Part shown: positions 29,043 to 37,435 of the stretch, piece after piece
Position numbering within the stretch: the first letter of the stretch is position 1
Layout of the letters: every line of letters starts with the position of its first letter
Source: Anaerolineae bacterium
Lineage (GTDB): Bacteria; Chloroflexota; Anaerolineae; Aggregatilineales; UBA3940
Length of the DNA: 64,000 bases
Assembly: GCA_016928235.1 (NCBI GenBank)
Contig: JAFGLD010000036.1
Span: 3,646-67,645, forward strand
Direction: 5' to 3'
Program-made: the position numbers and the translations under genes
Notes under the pieces: generated by a model
What the model saw: only the letters and a program-made list of their open reading frames with translations
What the model was told of the DNA's origin: nothing
The model's database searches: none

Positions 29043-30098
29043 CTAACCCCCACCTTTCATCACCGACGCCTTGAGCTGCCCGCACCCGGCGTGGATATCG
29101 ATCCCCCGCCGCACTCTGACTGTTGTTGGGATGCCATACTCCTCGACGATCTCGACAAACTGGTCGACGTGTGCCGGGTGGGATGGACGGCCTTTGTAGC
29201 CGTTGGTCGCGTTCAGAGGGATGACATTCAGGTGACACAGCAGCCCCTTGAGAAGCTTCCCCAGCGTATGAGCCTGCTCCACCGAATCATTCTCCCCTGC
29301 GATGAGCGCCCACTCGAAGGTGACCCGCCGGTTGGTCTGATCGATGTAATCGCGTACCGATCCCAACAGCTCATCGAGCGGATATTGCCGGTTGATCGGC
29401 AGCAGCGCCGAACGCTCCCGGTCGGTGGCCGCGTGCAGTGAAATCGCCAGCCGTACCTGCACGTCTTCCTGGGCGAACTGCCGGATTTCCGGCGCCAGCC
29501 CGACCGTGCTGACGGTGACATGCCGCTGCCCGATGGCCAATGCCTCCGGGTCGATCATGCGGCGGACGGCTGCCATCGTCGCGTCGTAGTTGTGGAACGG
29601 CTCGCCCATCCCCATCAGCACGACATTGCTGAGCCGCTCGTCTACAGCCTCCAGCACACGTCCCACGTGAACAACCTGCTCGATGATTTCACCCGCCGTC
29701 AGGTTCCGGGCAAAGCCCATCTGGCCGGTGGCGCAGAACACGCAGCCCAGCGCGCAGCCGGCCTGGGTCGAGATGCAGGCGGTGCGCCGCACGCCGGAAT
29801 ATTCCATCAGCACCGTTTCGATCAGCTGGCCGTCGGGCATCCGCAGCAGATATTTGCGTGTCTCGCCGTCAGTTGAGTGGCGCTCTTTCGTCACCTCTGC
29901 GCCACCGATGCGCGTTTCGGCTGCCAGGCGCTCGCGCAGTGCTGCCGGCAGGGTGTGCATCGACGCGAAATCCGGGGCTTTGCGCTTGTACAGCCACTGC
30001 CATAGCTGATCGGCACGGAAGCGCGGCTCGCCCCATTGCTTGAGGAGATCGACCAACTGGTTGTGGGGGAGATCGTAGAGATTGAGAATATCGGTCAT
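29043..30098 (-). CDS. rlmN: 23S rRNA/tRNA A2503-C2 methyltransferase RlmN (radical SAM)
   Basis: Start trimmed to MTDILNLYDL. Contains CALGCVFCATG (CxxxCxxC), GMGEP and C-terminal GCGQL. Confidence 0.92.
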   Translation of the reverse strand: MTDILNLYDLPHNQLVDLLKQWGEPRFRADQLWQWLYKRKAPDFASMHTLPAALRERLAAETRIGGAEVTKERHSTDGETRKYLLRMPDGQLIETVLMEYSGVRRTACISTQAGCALGCVFCATGQMGFARNLTAGEIIEQVVHVGRVLEAVDERLSNVVLMGMGEPFHNYDATMAAVRRMIDPEALAIGQRHVTVSTVGLAPEIRQFAQEDVQVRLAISLHAATDRERSALLPINRQYPLDELLGSVRDYIDQTNRRVTFEWALIAGENDSVEQAHTLGKLLKGLLCHLNVIPLNATNGYKGRPSHPAHVDQFVEIVEEYGIPTTVRVRRGIDIHAGCGQLKASVMKGGG

Positions 30099-30135
30099 CT
30101 GATAACCCGATTCTGGTTGGACTAACAGTCCAACC

Positions 30136-30945
30136 CTATGCCCTGACCTTCTCCAGCTCATCGGCCAGCGCGGCGATACCCTCGAAGATGTAATCGGGCC
30201 GGATGTCGCTTGCGGCCAGGTCTTCGCGGCTGGTGATGCCGCTCAGCACCAGGATGGTTCCCATGCCGAGCCGTTGTCCTCCCAGGATGTCCGTCTCCAT
30301 CCGGTCGCCCAGAATGGCGGTGGTTGAGAGGTCGGCGCCGAAATGCTTCATGGCGACCTGGTACATGGTCGGCTCCGGCTTGCCCATCCAGACGGGCTCG
30401 CGGCCCGCGGCGGCGGTCACCGCGGCGATGACACTGCCGGCGCCGGGGACGAGCCCCTGTGGGGTAGGGAAGGTGGTATCGGGGTTGGTGGCGATGTAGA
30501 CGGCGCCGTTCCGGATCAGCCGCATGGCAACCCGCAGTTTAGCGTAGGTGAAGGCCCGGTCGATGCCCGCCACGACCGCGTCGACAGGCTCAGGCTCTTC
30601 TTCTCCATCGAAGAGCGTAAAGCCTGCCTGTTGGAGCGTTGTTTTCAGGTCCGGCTGCCCGATGACGTAGATTGATTGGGCCGGCGGGGTGAGATCGCGC
30701 AGGTAGTGGGCGGTGACGTTGCCACTGGTGAAGATCTGATCGAGCCGGGCAGTGACGCCAAAGCTGCGCAGCTTCTCCACATAAGCCTCAGTTGTGCGTG
30801 TCGCGTTGTTGGTCAGCAGCGCCCACGCGATCCCGCTTCTCTCCAGAACGTCGAAGAAGTTCACCAGGCCCGGCATGGGATCATCGGCTTCCCACAGCAC
30901 GCCATCGCCGTCAATCAGTAGTGTTTGTAGTGTTTTGATGTTCAT
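30136..30945 (-). CDS. HAD-IIA family hydrolase (NagD-like sugar phosphatase)
   Basis: LIDGDGVLW (DxDG), LTNN, C-terminal GDRMETDILGG. Confidence 0.85.
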   Translation of the reverse strand: MNIKTLQTLLIDGDGVLWEADDPMPGLVNFFDVLERSGIAWALLTNNATRTTEAYVEKLRSFGVTARLDQIFTSGNVTAHYLRDLTPPAQSIYVIGQPDLKTTLQQAGFTLFDGEEEPEPVDAVVAGIDRAFTYAKLRVAMRLIRNGAVYIATNPDTTFPTPQGLVPGAGSVIAAVTAAAGREPVWMGKPEPTMYQVAMKHFGADLSTTAILGDRMETDILGGQRLGMGTILVLSGITSREDLAASDIRPDYIFEGIAALADELEKVRA

Positions 30946-30969
30946 GGCGGAGATTATACCAGATAGCGA

Positions 30970-31053
30970 GCTGGCTGTTAGCTGTTGGCTGTTAGCTATT
31001 GGCTGTTAGCTATTAGCTGTTAGCTATTAGCTGTTGGTTGTGAGTTCTTAGTT
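30970..31053. repeat. heptanucleotide tandem array (12 units, consensus GTTAGCT)
   Basis: gctggct gttagct gttggct gttagct attggct gttagct attagct gttagct attagct gttggtt gtgagtt cttagtt. Confidence 0.9.
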
Positions 31054-31318
31054 CCTGTAGATCGTAGCTTCTCAATAAATTGGGAAGGGATGACTCCACT
31101 GAAAAAACTCGATTTTGCGAAAAGGTATTTTCCTGTCGGATGTTTTTTGCAATACGCTTCTGGCCTGATACCAGAAGCGATAAGCGGTTTGCTTGCGATA
31201 GGGCATCATTTTTGATGTGCATACCCGCAAAACGCCTCTGGGCGTGTCGACTTTGCAAAAGGGTACCTTTTTTCAGAAGAGTGGTAATCAGCCGGATTTG
31301 CTTGCGTATTTACTACAC

Positions 31319-31346
31319 CGTCATTCCCGCGAAAGCGGGAATGACA
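31319..31346. repeat. ATTCCC-N8-GGGAAT hairpin repeat
   Basis: GTCATTCCCGC-GAAA-GCGGGAATGAC is a perfect 11-bp stem. Related copies lie at 56804-56866. Confidence 0.85.
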
Positions 31347-31553
31347 GCATTGGCCAAGGTATTGTTACAGCCTAACCCCCAACCCCCATCGTTATGGAAT
31401 GCCGGTGCTACACCCTCTCATGTACCCGCGATGTACCCTCTGATTCATCTTTGGGTGGATGGAAGTCGAAGCGATTGGCCGCATACTGTAGGCAGATTAG
31501 ACACGAGGGGGCGCGATGTGTTGTGCCCTGGTGGACGAATAGAAGAGAGGTGA

Positions 31554-32402
31554 ATGGCGATGAAAAGTTATGTGCTTATTACTGGAGCTTCTGGTGGTTT
31601 AGGCAAGGCCTTCGCAGCGGAGTGCGCATCGAGGGGGTGGAACCTGTTCCTGACCGATCTCGCTGAGCAGCCGCTGGCGACCGCGGCTACGGGCATCGAG
31701 CGGCTGTATGGGGTGGAGGTTCTGCATCACACCTGTGACCTGACCGACGCTGCCTCGCGCGAGGCGCTGTGGCAGCACATTGGCAGGAGCCGGTTGAGCT
31801 TTCACATGCTGATCAACGTGGCCGGTATCGACTACGAAGGGCCGTTCGACGAGCGCAAGGTCGATGAGCTGTGCGCCATCGTGCGGCTGAATATCGAGGC
31901 GACGGTCGATACAACCAGGCGTATCTTACCCTTTAGAGACCCGGCACGGACGCTGCGCATCGTCAACGTGAGCAGCCTGGCCGGCTACTATCCCATGCCC
32001 ATCAAGGCGGTCTATGCGGCCTCCAAACGCTTCCTGCTCGATTTCTCGTTGGCGCTGAACCAGGAGCTGCGCGCCGGCGGGGTGACGGTCACCGCGCTGT
32101 GCCCGGCCGGGATGCCGACCAACCCCATCTGCATCCGGGCCATCGATGCCCAGGGCTTTGCCGGGTGGGCGACGACGATGAACGTGGGTGATGTCGCCGC
32201 GCGGACGGTCGATATGGCATTGGCGGGGCGGAGTGTGTACGTGCCCGGTGCTGTCAACCAGGCGCTGCGCTGGTTGGGGGCACTGGTTCCCCCATCGGTG
32301 ATTGCCTTTGTGATCAACCGGCGCTGGCGGGAGAGCTACCGGAAATCGCACTCTGTACCGGCGCGGCCACAGCGATCATCGCCCGAACAGGCATCGATAT
32401 GA
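31554..32402 (+). CDS. SDR family oxidoreductase (paralog 1)
   Basis: VLITGASGGLGKAFA (TGxxxGxG), NVAG, VSSLAG...YAASK. Confidence 0.85.
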   Translation: MAMKSYVLITGASGGLGKAFAAECASRGWNLFLTDLAEQPLATAATGIERLYGVEVLHHTCDLTDAASREALWQHIGRSRLSFHMLINVAGIDYEGPFDERKVDELCAIVRLNIEATVDTTRRILPFRDPARTLRIVNVSSLAGYYPMPIKAVYAASKRFLLDFSLALNQELRAGGVTVTALCPAGMPTNPICIRAIDAQGFAGWATTMNVGDVAARTVDMALAGRSVYVPGAVNQALRWLGALVPPSVIAFVINRRWRESYRKSHSVPARPQRSSPEQASI

Positions 32403-32547
32403 GGTCAGAACCCTGGTGTCTTTTGAGGATCTATGCGTAAGCAATATGGGATGATCAAAGGATGCTCGAAGGATCACCGGAGGATGATTATAGAACGATG
32501 GTGAGCTGACACTGGGAAATGGTTGGGTAGATTGTGAACATCAAATA

Positions 32548-33510
32548 GTGTTGTTGAAAGATGTAGAACATATGATAACACAACAGGACTTAAAAAGCAA
32601 GACAATTGTCATTACAGGCGCCACGGCGGGGATCGGGTTGGCGGCTGCGCGGGCGCTGGCCGGTCGGGGTGCTTACGTGATCGGGGTGGGGCGCTCGGCG
32701 GAGCGGTGCGGCGAGGCACGACAGGCCATCCTGTCCGAGCACCCGAATGCGCGCATCGACTATTGCGTTGCCGATCTGTCGTCGCAGCGGCAGGCGCGCG
32801 CGCTGGCAGCCTCGATTGGCGAGCGCGTCGAGGCGGCTGGAGAGGGCAAAATCGACATCCTGATCAATAATGCCGGAACGGTATCGAGCTGGTACGTGGC
32901 GACCGAGGACGGCTACGAGCTGCAATTCGCGGTCAATCACCTGGCGCCTTTCTTGCTGACCCACGAGCTGATGCCGATGCTGCGGGCAGCGCCGTCGGCG
33001 CGGGTGATCACCACCAGCTCCGGCTCCCACTACCGTACATCGATGCACTGGGCCGACGTCATGTATCGGCGGCGCTACAGCTGCCTGGCCGTCTACAAGC
33101 AATCGAAGCTGGCCAACGTGCTGTTCACGGCCGAGTTCAATCGGCGATTGGGTGACGGATCTACCGTCCGTGCCTATGCCGTCGATCCGGGGCTGGTCAA
33201 CACGGAAATCGGCCTGAAGGGCACGGGTGGCATCGAGGAATGGGTATGGCAGTGGCGTCGAAGGGGTGGCGTGAGCGCGGAGCAGGGCGCGGCGACGGCC
33301 ATTTTCCTGGCCTCGGAGCCGGTGCTGGAGGACCCTGGCGCGATTTACTGGAAGGACTGCCGGCCCGCGCAGCCAAGCCGGTATGCGCGACGCCCAGAGG
33401 AGGCGGCCCGGCTGTGGAGCCTCTCGGAGCGGCTGTGCGGGATTGTTGGCATGGTGGAAAGGCCTGCTGCACATGAAGTGCGCGGCAACCTGGAAGCGGT
33501 AGAGGCGTGA
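32548..33510 (+). CDS. SDR family oxidoreductase (paralog 2, retinol-dehydrogenase-like)
   Basis: IVITGATAGIGLAAA, NNAG, TSSGSH...YKQSKLANV. The start may be ATG 32572. Confidence 0.85.
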   Translation: MLLKDVEHMITQQDLKSKTIVITGATAGIGLAAARALAGRGAYVIGVGRSAERCGEARQAILSEHPNARIDYCVADLSSQRQARALAASIGERVEAAGEGKIDILINNAGTVSSWYVATEDGYELQFAVNHLAPFLLTHELMPMLRAAPSARVITTSSGSHYRTSMHWADVMYRRRYSCLAVYKQSKLANVLFTAEFNRRLGDGSTVRAYAVDPGLVNTEIGLKGTGGIEEWVWQWRRRGGVSAEQGAATAIFLASEPVLEDPGAIYWKDCRPAQPSRYARRPEEAARLWSLSERLCGIVGMVERPAAHEVRGNLEAVEA

Positions 33511-33524
33511 TAAGGAGGATGACT

Positions 33525-34394
33525 ATGTCAGACACTATTCAACCCAATGGCGAGGGCGTTTTGATCACCGGGTGTTCGTCCGGGATTGGGCGGGCGACGG
33601 CCATTCACCTGGCCCAACGCGGCTTCACCGTGTTTGCCGGCGTGCGCAAGCAGGTCGATGCCGCGGCGCTGCGCAACCTGGGTGAGCCGAACCTGGTACC
33701 GGTGTGCCCACTTGACCTTGTCGATCTTGAGAACATCCCGGCGGTAGTCGACACGGTCAATGAGGAACTGGCCCGTCGGGGTAGGGTGGGGCTGCGCGCG
33801 CTGATCCAGAACGCGGGCGGCGGCTCGATTGCGCCCATCGAGCTGATGAGCCTGGCCGGGTTCAGCGCCGAAGTGGAGGCGCGGCTGGTGGGCTCGGTGG
33901 CGCTGGTACAGGCCTGTTTGCCGCTGCTCAGGAAGGTCGATGGGGGGCGCGTGGTATGGATCACGACGCCTGCCATCATCCCAACGCCGTATGTGGCGAG
34001 TATCCACGCCTGCGACTTTGCCGTCAACTGCATCGCGCGGACGCTGGATATCGAGCTGAAGCCGTGGAATGTCGCCAGTGTGATGGTCCGCTGCGGCGGC
34101 ATCCGGACACCGTCAGCAGATCGCTCGATGGACGAGCTGGCGAAATCGCTTCAGGAATGGCCGCGCGAGCGTGCCGCGCTCTATGAACAGGCACTTCAGG
34201 AGTGGCGTGACAGCATGGCAGGCTTTGATGCCAGGCGCACGCCGCCGGAGAAAGTCGCCGAGGTGGTGTGCCGGGCACTGGTAGCGCGGTCACCGAAGCG
34301 ACGCTATTCGGTGGGATACATGGCGGGCGCGGCGGCTTTCCTCGAGGCGCTGCCCCAGCCGCTGGCCGATGCGATCTTGCGGATGAGGTTCTAG
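33525..34394 (+). CDS. SDR-fold protein (paralog 3, atypical catalytic motif)
   Basis: VLITGCSSGIGRATA and NAGG are present, but the catalytic region reads ITTPA...YVASIHAC (YxxxI instead of YxxxK). Start chosen 6 nt after AAGGAGG. Confidence 0.8.
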   Translation: MSDTIQPNGEGVLITGCSSGIGRATAIHLAQRGFTVFAGVRKQVDAAALRNLGEPNLVPVCPLDLVDLENIPAVVDTVNEELARRGRVGLRALIQNAGGGSIAPIELMSLAGFSAEVEARLVGSVALVQACLPLLRKVDGGRVVWITTPAIIPTPYVASIHACDFAVNCIARTLDIELKPWNVASVMVRCGGIRTPSADRSMDELAKSLQEWPRERAALYEQALQEWRDSMAGFDARRTPPEKVAEVVCRALVARSPKRRYSVGYMAGAAAFLEALPQPLADAILRMRF

Positions 34395-34528
34395 TATTTC
34401 GGGGCGTAAGTAAACCCATAGGTATGGCTTGCTCCGAAATACAAATACTTAAACAGTTGGGCATGAAAGGCATCGACGACCTACGGTCGTAAACTATGGG
34501 TTTATTTGCGCCCAACTGTACTAGTTGC
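34395..34528 (+). repeat. structured intergenic repeat, copy 3 of 3
   Basis: Starts directly after the TAG of the SDR gene. Hairpins are 34395-34405/34431-34441 and ACAGTTGGGC/GCCCAACTGT. It carries about 20 nt extra with its own hairpin ACGACC-TAC-GGTCGT. Confidence 0.85.
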
Positions 34529-34533
34529 TGGAT

Positions 34534-36636
34534 CTATGTTCGATTCTCCCCATCCCCGTGCAGACAATTCAACAGAGTCTGCCTGTCTCGACTGCGAACA
34601 AAAGCCGTGATCCTATCGCCTACCTGGAAGATCGTATCGCCATGAGGAATTAGGACCCGGCCAGCGCGGCGTATCGACACCAGCGTACTCTCACTTGGTA
34701 TGGTTGCAGCAAACTCATGCAAGGCCATCCCGACAGCACAGCTGCCTTCTGTCAAAGTCAACTCAACAAACTCCGTGCCATCGATATTGCGCAGCTGCAT
34801 CCGCCGCGTGCGATGCTGGAGCTCAGCCCGCCGAGCCAGGGCAATATTGTATGCCCGTATGATATCCTGACGGCGGATCAACCCAACAAGGTGAGTAGCA
34901 TCATCTCTAGACACTACCGGCAATCGGCCCAGACCCCGTGTGGCCAGGCGGCCCAACGCAACTCCCACCGGCTCATCTGGATAAGCCACCAGAAGCTCAT
35001 TAAGCGGCGTTCCAATCTCAGCCACCGTGGCGCGGCGTGGTATATCGCGGCCGACAGCCTGTTCAAGATCCTCGATGGTCACAACGCCCCACAATGTGCC
35101 ATCATGATTCACTACCACAAAGCCATGATGACGGACTCTGCTAAACACCTCTGAAAGCTCGACAATGGTCATGTCCATTGTCACTGTTTCGGGGTGCTGC
35201 TGCATAGCCTCACCGACAGTCACGCTTTCCATAATATCAATATCGCGGCCTCGCTGCAGACGAATCCCGCGGCGGGTGAGCTTCAGTGTGTAAATCGACT
35301 CGCCACCCAACAGCTTCCGCGATAACAGCGTGGTGATGACCACTGTCAGCATCAGCGGCAAGATGATCTGGTAGTCCCCCGTGATCTCGAAAAGTATGAT
35401 CAAGGCGGTAACCGGCGCATGTGCCGCCCCAGCAAATACCGCCGCCATCCCAACCAACGAATAAGCACCGGGCGGCGCGACCATTCCAGGGAACAACTGA
35501 CCAGCAACGGTTCCCACCACAACCCCCAGCATCGCCCCCATGAACAGCGACGGGGCAAAGATCCCGCCCGATCCGCCTGATCCGAGCGTGAGATTAGTAG
35601 CCGCCATCTTTAGGAAAATCAATGCCAGGGCTGCTAACAGGATCACCTGGTTAGATAGTGCCGCAGCAATAGGTGCATAGCCACCCCCAAAGACCTGGGG
35701 GACGACATCAAAGTGCAGCATAGGAAAAACCAGTGGGTAAGCCAACACCATCAGCCCCAGCAACATACCGCCAACGGCAGGTTGTAGCCACTCAGGAATG
35801 AGCTTTTGCTTTTCAAAAGCATCTTCGGCACCATAAAGTGTACGCACGTACAAAGCCGCCACCAATGCCGCCAGTACGCCCAACACAGCGTAGACACCAT
35901 ACTCCCAAAGGCTGTGAATAGCATAAGGCTTCGGAACCGGAAATGCATACTCAGATCCCAGGATGACCCGGGCGACAGTATTGGCAGTGACAGCAGAGAG
36001 CACTACTGTGCCCACATGTCCAACGCTTAGCTCACCCAGGATCACTTCTAGCGCAAAGATTACACCAGCAATGGGAGCGTTAAACGTGGCGGCGATACCA
36101 CCTGCCACGCCACAGGCAACCAGACTCCGGACGCGATCTTCAGATAATCGTAGCCCTTGTCCCAGCGTGGAGCCTAATGCGGCGCCAATTTGGACAATGG
36201 GACCTTCACGACCTACCGAACCACCAGTACCGATAGTTAGCGAAGAAGCAACAGCCTTAACGACCACCACGATTGGTCTGATACGCCCTCCTTGTAGCGC
36301 AATAGCTTCCATGACTTCGGGCACACCATGCCCCTTCGCTTCCCGCGCAAAAAAGCAGATCAGAGGACCGGCTAACAAACCACCCAAAGTGGGAACAATA
36401 ACAATGTACCACGAACCCAACCAGGGAAATGTCTGAGGTATCCATTCAAAAGAGGCCTTGGTCACCCATTGGATCAAACGGTTAAACACGACGGCTCCCA
36501 AGCCTGTACCAACTCCTACAAGTAAGCTGGTAGCCAACATAACAATCTCTTCCGACAGTTGCAGCCGATCTAACAGGCCACCCAACCATCGAGAAAAGCG
36601 GGGCAATGGAGAATAAGAAAGAGTATCCTGCTTCAT
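34534..36636 (-). CDS. ClC-type chloride channel/antiporter with CBS pair and C-terminal TrkA-C (RCK_C) domain
   Basis: GHGVPE, GREGP and GIFAPS selectivity-filter motifs, followed by two CBS-like repeats. The C-terminus reads STLVSIRRAGRVLIPHGDTIFQVGDRITAFV. Confidence 0.9.
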   Translation of the reverse strand: MKQDTLSYSPLPRFSRWLGGLLDRLQLSEEIVMLATSLLVGVGTGLGAVVFNRLIQWVTKASFEWIPQTFPWLGSWYIVIVPTLGGLLAGPLICFFAREAKGHGVPEVMEAIALQGGRIRPIVVVVKAVASSLTIGTGGSVGREGPIVQIGAALGSTLGQGLRLSEDRVRSLVACGVAGGIAATFNAPIAGVIFALEVILGELSVGHVGTVVLSAVTANTVARVILGSEYAFPVPKPYAIHSLWEYGVYAVLGVLAALVAALYVRTLYGAEDAFEKQKLIPEWLQPAVGGMLLGLMVLAYPLVFPMLHFDVVPQVFGGGYAPIAAALSNQVILLAALALIFLKMAATNLTLGSGGSGGIFAPSLFMGAMLGVVVGTVAGQLFPGMVAPPGAYSLVGMAAVFAGAAHAPVTALIILFEITGDYQIILPLMLTVVITTLLSRKLLGGESIYTLKLTRRGIRLQRGRDIDIMESVTVGEAMQQHPETVTMDMTIVELSEVFSRVRHHGFVVVNHDGTLWGVVTIEDLEQAVGRDIPRRATVAEIGTPLNELLVAYPDEPVGVALGRLATRGLGRLPVVSRDDATHLVGLIRRQDIIRAYNIALARRAELQHRTRRMQLRNIDGTEFVELTLTEGSCAVGMALHEFAATIPSESTLVSIRRAGRVLIPHGDTIFQVGDRITAFVRSRDRQTLLNCLHGDGENRT

Positions 36637-36797
36637 GATGTTATCCGTGCTTTTTACCTTGTTGTTTCCTGCCTATCGCTTGCCGAAGTGACAACCGGGG
36701 AGAGAGTTTATAACGCTGCCCCCCATGATTTGCAAACCCAGCACAGTCAGGAAGCTCAACCTGCCAGGATATTTCAGATATTCAAGCAATCGAATCA

Positions 36798-36831
36798 ATT
36801 GAGGCGAACCCTGATAGGGCTCGCCTCAATT
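36798..36831. terminator. hairpin between the SH3 ORF and the ClC gene
   Basis: AATTGAGGCGA / TCGCCTCAATT is an 11-bp perfect stem with an inner CCCT..AGGG pairing. The flanks are moderately T-rich. Confidence 0.4.
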
Positions 36832-36891
36832 TGTCATACTACTGTATTCTGACACACTCTGCACAGATACACAGAACGCAAAGCGACACTA

Positions 36892-37125
36892 TCACGAACC
36901 CGGCGCAGGGTAAGCCGAATTCCAGGGTACCGTCGAAAGGTCGATATTCAACTGTACCAGCTTGGTCAATACCCAACCGTGCTCGCCGCTTGGTGTAACA
37001 ACCTCAATCCACGAGTCATCACCATTGACGCTGATCACCTGCAATGGATCGCCCCTTACCAGTATATCAACCACTGGTGAATCGGAAAGAGGCTGGTAAC
37101 GCACATTAAGCTCATCAGACGCCAC
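36892..37125 (-). CDS. bacterial SH3-like domain ORF (possibly the 3' part of a frameshifted gene)
   Basis: LNVRYQPLSDSPVVDILVRGDPLQVISVNGDDSWIEVVTPSGEHGWV fits the SH3b pattern. It has only a GTG start, and the frame stays open upstream to 37212 without an ATG. Confidence 0.4.
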   Translation of the reverse strand: MASDELNVRYQPLSDSPVVDILVRGDPLQVISVNGDDSWIEVVTPSGEHGWVLTKLVQLNIDLSTVPWNSAYPAPGS

Positions 37126-37435
37126 AATGGCATCAGGCTCGGGCTCCTGGAGAACTATATTTCGCGGTATCTTCTCGATAATTTGGGTAAAAATGTCTCT
37201 ATCGCGGTGTTTTTAAGCATAAAAAGCGTTGAGAAGACCCACTTTCCTACATTTATCGAGAAGATACTACACAGCCACCAAACTATGCACTCGCCGTGAA
37301 AGCAAGAATCCGTGAACGTGGTAATAGGAAATTTGTACTTCATGTACCTCATTCCTATTCACATCTAATCCGGTTTATCCATATAATGACATCGTAGCAG
37401 TTGCATAGGAGACCTTCACTAACATAAAGGAGAAT

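Noticed and set aside
31080-31553. 157-aa ORF containing VIPAKAGMTALAK
   Set aside because: That peptide is the translation of the ATTCCC-N8-GGGAAT hairpin. The ORF spans repeat-rich spacer with no RBS or motifs.
32590-33474. 294-aa minus-strand ORF covering SDR paralog 2
   Set aside because: The Arg/Pro/Gly-rich translation is typical of an antisense shadow in GC-rich coding DNA. The + strand product has complete SDR motifs.
36637-36891. Possible fluoride (crcB-motif) riboswitch upstream of the ClC gene
   Set aside because: I could not find the conserved GAUGG...CUAAUGA..CCUAC elements on the minus strand. In addition, this ClC carries CBS and TrkA-C domains, unlike ClC-F fluoride exporters.
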